Virus record (IMG/VR): IMGVR_UViG_3300030333_008334 | Location: 48,741-112,740 of that record | From: a virus | DNA length: 64,000 nucleotides | Strand: one strand, 5' to 3' | The notes under the pieces: model-generated | The model's database searches: none | The model's input: the letters and a program-made list of their open reading frames with translations, nothing else | What the model was told of the DNA's origin: nothing | Program-made: the position numbers and the translations under genes | Shown: positions 43,601-50,883 of the stretch, one piece after another | How positions within the stretch are numbered: the stretch's first letter is position 1 | Layout of the letters: every line of letters begins with the position of its first letter

Positions 43601-45138
43601 AAATCATAAAACGCCTCAAAACAACCGCCATGTTGTTCACATTCGTTTTCATAATCAATTAATTTTGCCTTACTTATATCTCCATCAAAAGGTACACTAT
43701 CTAAAAATTTTCTAGGGCACGCTACTAAAATATAATGTTTTCCGTCGCGGGGCGATCGATAAATACCATAAGGGCCAGGCTTTTGTGATGGCGGCAAAAT
43801 GCCACTAATAAGCTGTACATCAGAATTAGGAATATGAGCAACTATATTTGTAACAGGCGCATATACCTCATTCCCGGGAACACCATCAGGAGAATATGGA
43901 TCTTGCTCTGATATTTTTGCTTCTAATTTTTTTGTGTCTCCTAGATCAACAGCCGATAAATCTTTCTTAAAAAATTTAAATATTTTCTGTATACCTTCTG
44001 TGCGCGCCATTAAATGTCCAGCAGCGCTGCCTACAACCTTGGTACACCAAAATTCTTCTCCCTGAAGACTGGGATCAGGCACTTCTAAATCAGGATCTTG
44101 CGACAAATAATCCCATTGCCAAGTTCTCAGCTGCAGCATTCTTAAGCGCCAGCCACTTAGGCCCCACTGTGGCTTTGTTGGCAACGGCGCGCTCGTTAAT
44201 CCTTCGGGTAGAAGAATATTTGGATTAGCTAATACCTTTTCGTAGCCATGATAATTTAATTGATATTCGCGAGTTTGAATTGCATCTAAGTTTTGTTGAG
44301 GGGTCGGAAGCGCTATTTGATCTAATTTTGGCCCCCAGCGTTCGCCTTTAATATAAGGACCATGCTTGTCTTTTGGCAAGCCAGGATAATATGTAGCGAA
44401 TGTCGGCAATCTAGTTAATATTGGAGTGCATAAATCCATTTCCTTGGCCCAGTTATAGCCACTCATTTTATCTAGAGAATTTGCTATAGGCTGTCCAGAG
44501 GGTAATAAATTCTGTGGCTCTGCACTTGGAACCGGGCGGGGATGCCATGGCGTATTTTGCGTCGGGGTCGGAGCATCTTCAGCTATTTCTTCTGCTTGAA
44601 TAGAAGCTGCTAATAAATTTGAAATTGCATTTCCAAAATTAGTTTGATCTAAAATAATTTCAGCATCATATGTAAAATTGTTACCAGAACCGGCGCCGCT
44701 AATCGCACTAAATGTAGTTCCACTCCAATTTGATTTCCAGCTAACAACAAAATCTGGGCTGCCTGACCATCCAGAATCAAAATTAGGCCAATCTTGTGCG
44801 ACTGTATCATCTAAATTAAGAACAAATAAGTCAGATAATGTCTCTGAATAGTTTATAGCGTCTGGTGCGGAAATATTATGATTTCCATTTGGACCTTCTG
44901 GAATTCCAACCGCTGCTCTTTGTATTTTTCTTTCATCACTAATTTGTGTAAAGAAATCAAAAAACGCGTTTGATATTGCCTGTCTGGCGCCTTTGATAAT
45001 TTCTCCCTTCGCCAGGTCGGACATTTCACTATTCCAGGCGCCGTTAACCTGTTGATATTCTTTCCAAAAAGCGCTGTGGTCTTGAATCTGACCGGCAAAC
45101 ACTGTGGCGGCGGCATTTATTTTTATTGTGTAACCCAT
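34699..45138 (-). CDS. Giant (3479 aa) acidic virion-associated protein of unknown function
   Basis: Uninterrupted 10.4 kb ORF between spike and gp25-like genes; His-rich insert, C-terminal coiled coil and hydrophobic Pro/Gly-rich end. Confidence 0.6.
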   Translation of the reverse strand: MGYTIKINAAATVFAGQIQDHSAFWKEYQQVNGAWNSEMSDLAKGEIIKGARQAISNAFFDFFTQISDERKIQRAAVGIPEGPNGNHNISAPDAINYSETLSDLFVLNLDDTVAQDWPNFDSGWSGSPDFVVSWKSNWSGTTFSAISGAGSGNNFTYDAEIILDQTNFGNAISNLLAASIQAEEIAEDAPTPTQNTPWHPRPVPSAEPQNLLPSGQPIANSLDKMSGYNWAKEMDLCTPILTRLPTFATYYPGLPKDKHGPYIKGERWGPKLDQIALPTPQQNLDAIQTREYQLNYHGYEKVLANPNILLPEGLTSAPLPTKPQWGLSGWRLRMLQLRTWQWDYLSQDPDLEVPDPSLQGEEFWCTKVVGSAAGHLMARTEGIQKIFKFFKKDLSAVDLGDTKKLEAKISEQDPYSPDGVPGNEVYAPVTNIVAHIPNSDVQLISGILPPSQKPGPYGIYRSPRDGKHYILVACPRKFLDSVPFDGDISKAKLIDYENECEQHGGCFEAFYDLNAMSFDSAMKKVANILRKYKKRVDNFKSSGGSIDHVDLEHEAKQLERLPRQLDDFLKYPGQGYNPEGFPDGLSTENSMLELMARGDNMQLMHIAFGQDTAALNICSVGIECLRDNISPTTMHLAFLYKDIISFDARSKNTDKWQEFISAVIYPAIKIYPSGKEAPSDDQAEKAELMELNKKSVLTRQERDRQLELLNRPWAIRDRAALLAERLRIMDSDDDPIFEKSFLESQEWRDFEEIYLKLLNQVDMKNVWAQIMKCLSNLAGIPLTGEALCEYLFREILKAIGIGEMRKMLGVSGAMAMGMVDGITTSAFGGTPEEIFLGETASGPSVIQQGLQRMDDISAAAAGKLAAQGALAEHELAADSTGAIANLGYEEYAAGGSKDQTGQVASATGDVAQFMSDVSIASNEIDTFIEELKQFLDFKKVCADITQFVLDLPGDFFDDPGAVLHDFTTPDGSFDWEFLEDFVPDLPTPPKFVFPELGKVTSENGDLMDVYEDALWKVTAGIISGLMDGAMSELMNACLTEEGPGPNVGEGEYGAFENQVPAFANAIAPSPALTQAFDNYNLPVDNSAKFMKAVAKMLTGREMCNLFNGISPQSILILIRGLIEKDFQEYLPALSTLPDIRMFFTHVGAFIDLKVCDEFEQYIPYVDDLCEDFDSMAGKRKALEKHGFSEEEIQAQLRNELNENLNKIKDLMALMRQDPSSMLKDKMPSFKCEDLVPGGILPSVARSNKIVLDTIFDGIKTIFEKEAGSFKAIISPDPAREASAAAEMAEIMGEMDEYVASAYDVERYPRQYDGTLRSTIDHTTGEQDGSTIMPGRGRLVTHMSEPDGKCMVLKGLPWNGQNAVIEEHADEDGPDMKDIEGVYADMYNEPDKNYYDGPTLKLRTPAVLLHEDEWWNRWMQNWPRGRNGNRHRYNNNVAVILNNQCEWLGEVGQNRHVAKNYKAIVDFAYEDNIRALFDFFIQYGKGWYPLPANVQFGSENYKMWETFQEETFAGLEFPEGFGTFPINHQRIVQSFKKYVYDIVMYPRRATEGQEIEYFRYQQDGKNPFGQGGVDPDGQPNHDKYSKMVLQDSSLLIPLQDLRDHGLVFSMPTQDFASLMDSRPRIFPFQRLRDTLSNPSYLGTQESYTRNLVPGKYMPIDGEEEVWTEGYWQQPDPNSEPVWVEGSYKKPGEWIPPRYEINAEKMTTKHIFKIPKKLASQHTLDVLGNSSFSPDKTGDNNRQNNAIGADVLNSLGQADPKAAKALRGVVSMAVTGKPDPTSDYTEQQEKSVTKIMDRLANSELSIEYELIESELLPNTHVHDDVCMVKVKNGGLTLAKQLERNAYPEYFTSLLEVLGMPEGEYPKTIAELFGMLVVSKIKNKIPGASPRSLTSPRDFTFPRESEEEIKEVFARYIHPKETNRILNEFRERTLLSPFFDLKFVDKFLQKLFLNSWSDICEFTGGTVSEKLLGIGPLREQVDERLREVLCRQPFEISTEDEKIAKERANYKKLVEDSRDEALGLEPIEEAVLDGLVQLRLRVSALQIMFEYMPTASVFDTTFVLSREFFRKTAFERVRNQLMQESEEYYELIASRCSAVILDELEGGSGITNHPDKSYHKHTYEIDENGDGWAVEIIEPGADPKGYGRPHRHRIKNYLVHTAWYNEDLEKNYSHKHLLESKHRRYEPELALEVIFDRQYTLIVTTINNLMDELGYANYRIKTQEEYAEKLTSMRFTTGLNPYQLYDTFQPSYFEEGEEINPAGNDKESGQLFINMNDPDNKLITYTEGGVLNQGDRKVGGALMSDGSHIYGKSFYTFESEKELFSEGGFVLQPYIYVQHKDKLGRKHEPGQNTKIYDVAFNRVKADGTPVEYPQPDPSSGDFYSFDYDQLVNSDPFVQYFQDQGRPKEKLNEYGVSSIKFWDDILQLIGGSFDYLYTAKAETPLGTRRPLGWNFDTSLMWNNVGLHPKENPAFWNNVVPKINGWFSTIYMFDSMRPCQGHFSYHSDTNTENIDQLSNAGKTNHDMWYQNTWSGIVDPTAPNSYNTTMLEEIMKSESRASMYAGECQAFIKVGVPCSRHYAATHDLEFDISGLPFATQETLESAGLDNLTGWRDVSFPFASPSGKNAHETYNSYIKDMGAPNIAFELGLNEDGTIDEIYLNEDGTGNVQAHDLGHFPVQNPNYTGTITFQSIYKQYLRALKAYRIQFYKEEGITYGAVNVGITPGFVLDGITTDETLVSAEGLFNPIDPMTGGYSQVQKDSYSQKISRAEHRALGAAFDHVAFLAFTFNNIKKNPAALEKQKAEGKEDDFGMDFMVQKTIDSAPETTNLSNEFADRGVHDQVIIRPSSATTPFFLGDIRIPTSNTQVITWQDVIDWAQWIMVTNDEYRNSVTGGGAWLYGVNEQEGPLALGRAFPRLYLEYGQNTETSTAGYETGTVNWNAIVSKERELAGDPLWADPDIDQSRGARLTFWTGQYETVTYPAKESVDAITLQYFADYFDCMKYGLRLLYVPPSKPYGMWPDTTNIEENTKIISKVDEAFDNLISRIEQNNLEGKANTGLKDLSNAYLASKAFDITEYMPNQKADTNLDVDSYSKQSWRLHPIPMADVRVNVEYIYCTAGPLEFSSFKPQEAGGRGTLMSGYYDALPILLQKLRSTPEYTLLFDHIFPYERLLSLTCMHTGLSNQDVRMENRFKATRETILDFIMSMIDQQELPFSMQKYGSVSNYKAGHSGTSTSAPDTAWTDIALRMLYTAPRLILKGVVTLTDPCVSTAIAINDLVMTVVQTSITVAEQVRDGSVASMNVVISELEGQIDILKQELELANSAVEIAELAVATAEAAQPRDEVFIDQLRQDFEEAEKAVNTVNETIATAENALGEARDTLNVFEQEVSDIINTIKGVVEALSPYIVPGISFAQMPSMIPFGFLFPPPPFGPGVGPPMTSFGFIYCLLLIIEGVIDDLDGKKQSIIEEYKDGSPQDACTVSPF

Positions 45139-45148
45139 ATTCTACTCT

Positions 45149-46156
45149 TTAATTTGTTAAATTATACCGGCTCAAGTGCGGCCACAGACCTTCATTTAAA
45201 ATTTTGTTATATTCTGATATTGGCAAAGGCTTGCTACCTAAACCCCAGTTTACTTTTAGATTTTTGAGTCTCTGCTGGTATTTGGACAATTCAGCTTTTT
45301 GTTGTTTTACTAATTGTAACTGAAGATTGGGTATTGTTTTAAGCAGTTCTTTAGAAATAGTAGTGTCTGTAAAATAAAACCCATAATGTTCATGTTCAAC
45401 TATATACTTCCACGACTGTATCAACCGGCTTAATGAGGCATCGAGTAATTCTGAAAGTTCTAACATATAATCAATTATCTTTTCCAATAAGACATTTAAG
45501 TTGAAGCCCTTAACTAATGGCTGTACAGCTCCAAGAATATATTTATCTGTTGCTGTTGACGTTTGATTTCCGGCTATTAAGTGAATTCCTCCAACTGATT
45601 TTATTTTTCCATTCTTCGGACCTCTAGAATCATAAGGATCTGTATACGTAACTAGTTTAATTGTACGGCGGCCAACGACTCTAACATCGTCGGCTTTAAT
45701 TCCAATTCCCGAAAGTGCTTTGGAATGAGGACCTTGTTTAATATTCAAATAATCATCTATGTCAGTCTTTTGGCTAATATAAATTCTTGCTGCATCATTT
45801 CGAAAATTAACATTTGTAAACATTTCTTCGCCATTTTTATAAGCTTCTGTTGATCGACCAACTACAATATCAATTGCGCCGCACTGTGTGTCGCCTAGGC
45901 CGCTGTATCCGCTAGCAACAGAACTTCTTCGATCGCGTCCTAAAACCACATAGCAATTGTTGACTTTACTCGATCCCGGCACTGTTTCTTCGCATGCAGC
46001 TTTAATATAAGTAGCAGAATTATCAATAGTTATATCACCTTGTATGCCACTTATTTTAGCAGCTGCAAGATCGATCGGAGACGCATTGTTGTGTACTCTT
46101 TGCTGCTCTGGACTTAAATTTTCATCTCTTTTGATAGCGGGTTTTTTTTCTGACAT
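45149..46156 (-). CDS. Putative baseplate spike protein (gp5/gpV C-terminal-like)
   Basis: Short beta-strand repeats (AIDIVVG, ARIYISQ, IGIKADDVRVVGR, IHLIAG), LVKG..L motif and HEH; directly follows the gp5-like gene. Confidence 0.5.
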   Translation of the reverse strand: MSEKKPAIKRDENLSPEQQRVHNNASPIDLAAAKISGIQGDITIDNSATYIKAACEETVPGSSKVNNCYVVLGRDRRSSVASGYSGLGDTQCGAIDIVVGRSTEAYKNGEEMFTNVNFRNDAARIYISQKTDIDDYLNIKQGPHSKALSGIGIKADDVRVVGRRTIKLVTYTDPYDSRGPKNGKIKSVGGIHLIAGNQTSTATDKYILGAVQPLVKGFNLNVLLEKIIDYMLELSELLDASLSRLIQSWKYIVEHEHYGFYFTDTTISKELLKTIPNLQLQLVKQQKAELSKYQQRLKNLKVNWGLGSKPLPISEYNKILNEGLWPHLSRYNLTN

Positions 46157-46165
46157 TTATATACC

Positions 46166-48631
46166 TTACTTTCTCAGTTCTTTTATCATATCAATAATTG
46201 AAGTATTGACATGATTTCCATTAGATAACATTTGTGCTGCAGAAGGAACTCCATTGAATAGACATAGCCAATCAGCTGCATGAGTGCTTTGTGTTTGTAT
46301 CATGGCTTCAAAATTACCCCAAACTTGCCTGGTCTTCGGATCTTGTCTTCCTGTGCCTAACACCGGAGCAAACGCAACGCCTGCTCGGTTTGCTAATTCC
46401 CAATTAGTTTTCCATTTCTTTGTCTGTGTATTTGCTCCGCCGGTTTCGCCTGACGAATATTGCATTGGAGAAAAAATATCAAACATTTTATTAATTTGTG
46501 TTTGCACTGGCTTTAATGCCGGCTGGGCTCGATATGTCATACAACAGTTAGCCAATGGTATACCCGGAGCCACAGCTCTAAAGGCTTTAAGAAACTCAGC
46601 TAAACGACCAGCGGGATCTTCATAGAAGGGCTGACCTTCAACTCCACACCAGTGTTTTTCTGCATTAACCCAGTGACATTTAGATCCGAGCGCTTTGGCT
46701 GCTTTTCCTGCCACAGTACCTTCAACCTTTGCTCTCTCATAATCAGTCGCATAAACCCATGACCATGTATGAAAAGAAATACCAGCTGACTCGCACAGGC
46801 GTTTTTGTTGCTTCGATTGTTCTAAGAATTTAGAACTATTTCTTCCGTCAGCGCATTTAGCCGCCATAAACGACAAATGCTTTAGATTTTCTATTTCCAA
46901 TACCGGGCCTTTAAGCCCGCTGACTGTGTTCATAAGCCCAACTGCAGGGCCGTTTTCTTTTCTTTCTACGGCTGCGGCTACTTTTCCAGCTAATGGTCTG
47001 TGGCTGTAAACTCGACATGGACGACATTCTGGGGGCTTTGGCCACTTTTCAAGTTTGTTTTGCAAATCTTCTATTAGCTTTTCTGTTGCAGCTAATTCAT
47101 CTTTTAGGCTTTGCGGAACATCTGTGCCGGCAGCTTTTATTTTGTCCTGTATTTCTTTTCTCTGTTTTTGTAATCGGTTTAAATCATTGACAACAGCGCT
47201 TCTAGAGGAGCTGTTGATTTTCTGACCCATTTTTTTGTACGCTTCTTTCATTCCGTCAATTAAGCTTTTCTTTTTCTCATCTTTCTCTTTGGCTGTAGCG
47301 TCAGAGCCCTCTTCTTTAACTTCTTTAGCAGATTCTTTTCCTTCGGCGCCGGGGGCTGGCTTCGCTGCTCTTGCAGTTGCGCCAAATTTTACTGCAATGC
47401 TTGAAACATATTCTTTTGCACCTTCGGGATCCATATGAACACCATCGCCCGTTGTTTTTCTAGCCATATAATTCGGAACAAACTTTTCCCAATTTTTAAT
47501 TGGATCAATAAAGTGAAGTTTGGATCCAAAACCCCACATTTTTGCCAGTTCCTTTCTCATATTAGAATTTACAGTAGACCGGTAAGTAAATGATCCGGGA
47601 TTATTAATTTGATGTGATTCTCCACTTACTCGGCCGCCGGGTACAACCGGGGGGCAAGCTGCAACAATAATAACTCCAGATGTAGTTCCACTAGTCCAGC
47701 CACATTCTTGTCGTATTCTTTTTACCAAAGTAGCAATATCTGTGCCAGCTTTCGCGGTGTCGTCACCTCTGTTATTGCCGCCCAAGCTAATAAAAATTAA
47801 ACCAGGCTTGTTTTTTTTAAAATAATCTTTTGCACAGCCCCATAATTTAAAAGCAGTCTTATTACATCTTTCTCCTGCTAGCCAGGCTGAAACTTTTGCT
47901 CCGGAGCGGCCGATGCGTTCTGTTTTCCATCCAGTGCTTTTCATATACGCCTGCATTGTTTTGCCTAATTCTAATTTTATCTGACTATCGCCAATTATTA
48001 AACACTTATCGTTGCCTTTTTTTGGCACCAAAGAACCTTTTGCAATTGGAAAAGTACTAGTATCTATTGTGCTAGACTTAGATTTGGCTGGCTGCAGGCA
48101 TCCATCAACGCAAACCTCGCCAGCGATGCGTGCTGACGTAGTAGTTGCCGGCTGGCCGATGAGTGAACCCAGCGGAGGCTGCTCGATCGGACCTAAAAGT
48201 ATTGCGCCCTTCCAAGTTTGTTTGTTTTGAAAATCAACCCAGACTAAATCACCAACTTTTGGTTCAAAAACATTATTGTCAGTGGCCGTAAAAGTATGGT
48301 GCATATCAATCACATGGTGATCTTCAGAATTTTTAGGTTCAGGTATCGGAGCGTGAACCTCTGGAATTCTTACTTTTACCTGTGTTCTTACAGAAGCCTC
48401 GGCCTGTTTAAATCCTGAATCAGTCGGATCCCAACCATGAGTTTCGATACGTAAAACATATCCTAAATATGGACCTGTATTATGAAAAACATCCGATTCG
48501 TAATGTTTTTCCGAAATCCGCAACATGGCTCTGACCCAATTGTTATCAGTGCTGTCTTTTCTTTCAGCAGAGCCAGGCTTCAAGATTGGATTTAGTTGGC
48601 CCCATGCGTATTTTGGAAAGGGAATACTCAT
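46166..48631 (-). CDS. gp5-like baseplate hub protein with SGNH hydrolase and GH25-like glycosidase domains
   Basis: VKVRIPEVH...PKVGDLVWVDF (OB-fold); GDSQ / GRSG / LGGNN / DGVH (SGNH blocks); AKCADG...HTWSWVY...VNAE...SPMQY (TIM-barrel muramidase-like). Confidence 0.7.
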   Translation of the reverse strand: MSIPFPKYAWGQLNPILKPGSAERKDSTDNNWVRAMLRISEKHYESDVFHNTGPYLGYVLRIETHGWDPTDSGFKQAEASVRTQVKVRIPEVHAPIPEPKNSEDHHVIDMHHTFTATDNNVFEPKVGDLVWVDFQNKQTWKGAILLGPIEQPPLGSLIGQPATTTSARIAGEVCVDGCLQPAKSKSSTIDTSTFPIAKGSLVPKKGNDKCLIIGDSQIKLELGKTMQAYMKSTGWKTERIGRSGAKVSAWLAGERCNKTAFKLWGCAKDYFKKNKPGLIFISLGGNNRGDDTAKAGTDIATLVKRIRQECGWTSGTTSGVIIVAACPPVVPGGRVSGESHQINNPGSFTYRSTVNSNMRKELAKMWGFGSKLHFIDPIKNWEKFVPNYMARKTTGDGVHMDPEGAKEYVSSIAVKFGATARAAKPAPGAEGKESAKEVKEEGSDATAKEKDEKKKSLIDGMKEAYKKMGQKINSSSRSAVVNDLNRLQKQRKEIQDKIKAAGTDVPQSLKDELAATEKLIEDLQNKLEKWPKPPECRPCRVYSHRPLAGKVAAAVERKENGPAVGLMNTVSGLKGPVLEIENLKHLSFMAAKCADGRNSSKFLEQSKQQKRLCESAGISFHTWSWVYATDYERAKVEGTVAGKAAKALGSKCHWVNAEKHWCGVEGQPFYEDPAGRLAEFLKAFRAVAPGIPLANCCMTYRAQPALKPVQTQINKMFDIFSPMQYSSGETGGANTQTKKWKTNWELANRAGVAFAPVLGTGRQDPKTRQVWGNFEAMIQTQSTHAADWLCLFNGVPSAAQMLSNGNHVNTSIIDMIKELRK

Positions 48632-48636
48632 TTAAT

Positions 48637-48933
48637 CTATTCCTGATTGATTAAATCAAATAATTCTTCTTTATCTTTATTTGTTAGGCCAGCTTCAGCG
48701 TTATTTTTCTTATGCATAAGACCGGTTATTTTCACCAACTGTTCGTTCGATCTCTGCAATGTTTCTAGATATTTGGCCGCTACAGGGCCAAAATATTGGT
48801 GCTTAGAATCATCAGTTTTAATATGATTCATAAGATCAGTTAGCAATTTCATTGCCACTGCACGGTCATGCTTTATATTCTGTATTGCATCGACAATACA
48901 TTCTTCAGCATCTATATTTCGCCCCTTTCCCAT
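48637..48933 (-). CDS. Hypothetical helical protein
   Basis: 98 aa ORF in the gene chain, overlapping the sigma factor stop. Confidence 0.6.
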   Translation of the reverse strand: MGKGRNIDAEECIVDAIQNIKHDRAVAMKLLTDLMNHIKTDDSKHQYFGPVAAKYLETLQRSNEQLVKITGLMHKKNNAEAGLTNKDKEELFDLINQE

Positions 48934-49613
48934 TTTTTTCGAAAAACCCTATATTTGATTCTCATTTTGTTTAAGTTGTTTACAACTTGTTTGGTATTAA
49001 GGCCAGTAATTTCCCTAATATATAGATAAATAGCTTTTTTATTAAAAATTTCAATTTGATCGGAAGTTTCGAAAAGAATTTTAATTGCTTCTAGCACTTT
49101 GCGCTCATTATCTTTGAGCTTCATTTTTTCCCAACTTTGAATTTCAACCCAAAAATTGTTCCAAAATTCATATTGTTCGCGGGCGTGGGCATATGCGTTG
49201 TCTATAGACAAATATTCACACTCTAGATCATTTGTCAAATCATCCATATGGACTTCTCTTTTAATACTTCTAGCGTTTTTCTTAGTCTTGTGAATAAACC
49301 AATTTTTAGTTATAACGCTGAAATATGAAAAAGCTTTTGATCCTTTCTTGGGATCATATTTGTCCAATATAGTAGTAAGCCATATCTTACATTCTTCCTT
49401 TAAGACATCAATATTCGGAAGATTGGTGAACTTATATGTGTATACTATCTTGTCAACCATTTCATTAAAGGCCGGCTGGATCCACTTTATGTAAAGCTCT
49501 GTTCTTATTTTATTATCGTTTGTAGAAGCATATCTTACAATTGCCTCTTCGTGAATTTTTGTAAAGTAATCGTTTTTAGTTCTGCGGCGACGGCGTTTTT
49601 TCTTCTGTATCAT
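48912..49613 (-). CDS. Phage RNA polymerase sigma factor (T4 gp55-like, late)
   Basis: YF..., KYDPKKGSKAFSYFSVITKNWF region-2-like motif; C-terminal HTH-like REITGLNTKQV; immediately upstream of the structural module. Confidence 0.72.
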   Translation of the reverse strand: MIQKKKRRRRRTKNDYFTKIHEEAIVRYASTNDNKIRTELYIKWIQPAFNEMVDKIVYTYKFTNLPNIDVLKEECKIWLTTILDKYDPKKGSKAFSYFSVITKNWFIHKTKKNARSIKREVHMDDLTNDLECEYLSIDNAYAHAREQYEFWNNFWVEIQSWEKMKLKDNERKVLEAIKILFETSDQIEIFNKKAIYLYIREITGLNTKQVVNNLNKMRIKYRVFRKKWERGEI

Positions 49614-49962
49614 CTGTTTCTTCCTGTTCATCTTCTAAAAAGAAATATTTTTCCCTATAGAAAGAAATTTCATCGATTACTACGCCCATATGTTGAATTA
49701 AAGCTTCTAAAGTTGGGTCACCGTAAAACATTTCCATTTCGTATATCTCTTGCAGATGATTCTCAAAGCCCGACATGCCGCTCAGCATTTTATAAAAATC
49801 ATCATCTATTTCATTATAGTGAGCCATAGTTTTTCTTATGTACCACACTAAGCCACAAACTATTAATATTGTTATAAAAAGCAGTAATTCTACGTATCCT
49901 ATAACATATCCTATTAAAACGGCGTTAATAAGCAATGATATTCCTATTAATATTTGTGTCAT
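49576..49962 (-). CDS. Hypothetical membrane protein (two N-terminal TM helices)
   Basis: Hydrophobic first ~40 aa then acidic helical region. Confidence 0.6.
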   Translation of the reverse strand: MTQILIGISLLINAVLIGYVIGYVELLLFITILIVCGLVWYIRKTMAHYNEIDDDFYKMLSGMSGFENHLQEIYEMEMFYGDPTLEALIQHMGVVIDEISFYREKYFFLEDEQEETDDTEEKTPSPQN

Positions 49963-50213
49963 TTATATTCTCTTTCCTTGAGCGCTTGCTTTTCTTCTCT
50001 TACTTCTTGCTTAAATTCTTCTATCTTGCTTTTGACAACACTTCCTACTTTTTGAGTAGAGCTATCTTTCTTCTCGGTCATTAAAAAAGAAGGGACTCTA
50101 AAAAGAGCCCCCTCAGTATCACATTTCTTACAATCTTCTAAGCGATCAGAAATAGAATGAAAAGTCTCAAATTCATCATTGCAACTATTGCAGCGATAAA
50201 TATACCTAGGCAT
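49959..50213 (-). CDS. FmdB-family zinc-ribbon protein
   Basis: MPRYIYRCNSCNDEFE...CKKC. Confidence 0.8.
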   Translation of the reverse strand: MPRYIYRCNSCNDEFETFHSISDRLEDCKKCDTEGALFRVPSFLMTEKKDSSTQKVGSVVKSKIEEFKQEVREEKQALKEREYK

Positions 50214-50391
50214 TGTTATCTTCTTCGTCACTAAATTTAAGCAATGGCGGATTCATGACAAAAAGCTCTTTATTCTCACTCACCTTGAAGTCAAAGCCTT
50301 TTAAGACAGGGACAATATCTGTCTGCTCTAATAATGATTTTTGAAGAGCCATCATTACTGCTCCCAAAGCTTCGTCAGATAGTTTTAACAT
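50206..50391 (-). CDS. Hypothetical protein
   Basis: 61 aa ORF with AGGAG RBS, abutting both neighbours. Confidence 0.65.
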   Translation of the reverse strand: MLKLSDEALGAVMMALQKSLLEQTDIVPVLKGFDFKVSENKELFVMNPPLLKFSDEEDNNA

Positions 50392-50694
50392 TTATTTCTC
50401 CTTAAAAAATACTTCTGAATTTATGTTTTTATCATCTATAAAAAGATCATAGACCGGCTTTCCCAATCTTAGTTCGTGACATTTTACACCCCACTCACTA
50501 AATTGTTTTTCAGTAACTTCTCTCCAGTCAATACCAGAGCCAGTGCCACGAGCGGTCCAATAAATAATTGTATCTCCATTATCGTACAATTCATTAATTT
50601 TGTTAATATTTTTTTGTATTGGTTTTGCTAGTGAATAATCTCTGCTAGGCGGAGATATACAAATTGTCTCATCTATGTCTACATATATAATCAT
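50392..50694 (-). CDS. Minimal capless HAD-superfamily phosphatase
   Basis: DIDET (motif I), TARG (II), KP (III), IDDK (IV). Confidence 0.82.
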   Translation of the reverse strand: MIIYVDIDETICISPPSRDYSLAKPIQKNINKINELYDNGDTIIYWTARGTGSGIDWREVTEKQFSEWGVKCHELRLGKPVYDLFIDDKNINSEVFFKEK

Positions 50695-50697
50695 TTT

Positions 50698-50883
50698 TTA
50701 ATCCTCCAGCTTTGTAAGTTTTTTTCCTTGAGCGTCGGTTACCCAAGCAGTTAAATCAGTTAATTGCAGATCTCTAGATATCTTTTGAGCTTCTTCCATG
50801 GTCATCAACGGAGATATAGTATAAACCTTGCCGTCGCGCGTCAATACTTTTACCATATATCCTTTTTTATCGATAGACATCAT
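50698..50883 (-). CDS. Hypothetical protein
   Basis: 61 aa ORF filling the gap in the operon. Confidence 0.5.
   Translation of the reverse strand: MMSIDKKGYMVKVLTRDGKVYTISPLMTMEEAQKISRDLQLTDLTAWVTDAQGKKLTKLED

Noticed and set aside
19283-45138. Inteins, introns or stop-codon recoding as an explanation for the giant ORFs
   Set aside because: No intein splice motifs or homing endonuclease motifs noticed; TAA, TAG and TGA all end genes at tight junctions, consistent with code 11
32467-48631. Interpretation as a bacterial T6SS, eCIS or tailocin locus
   Set aside because: Baseplate genes are flanked by primase, resolvase, Mre11-Rad50 and a phage-type sigma factor, and no membrane complex or housekeeping genes are present
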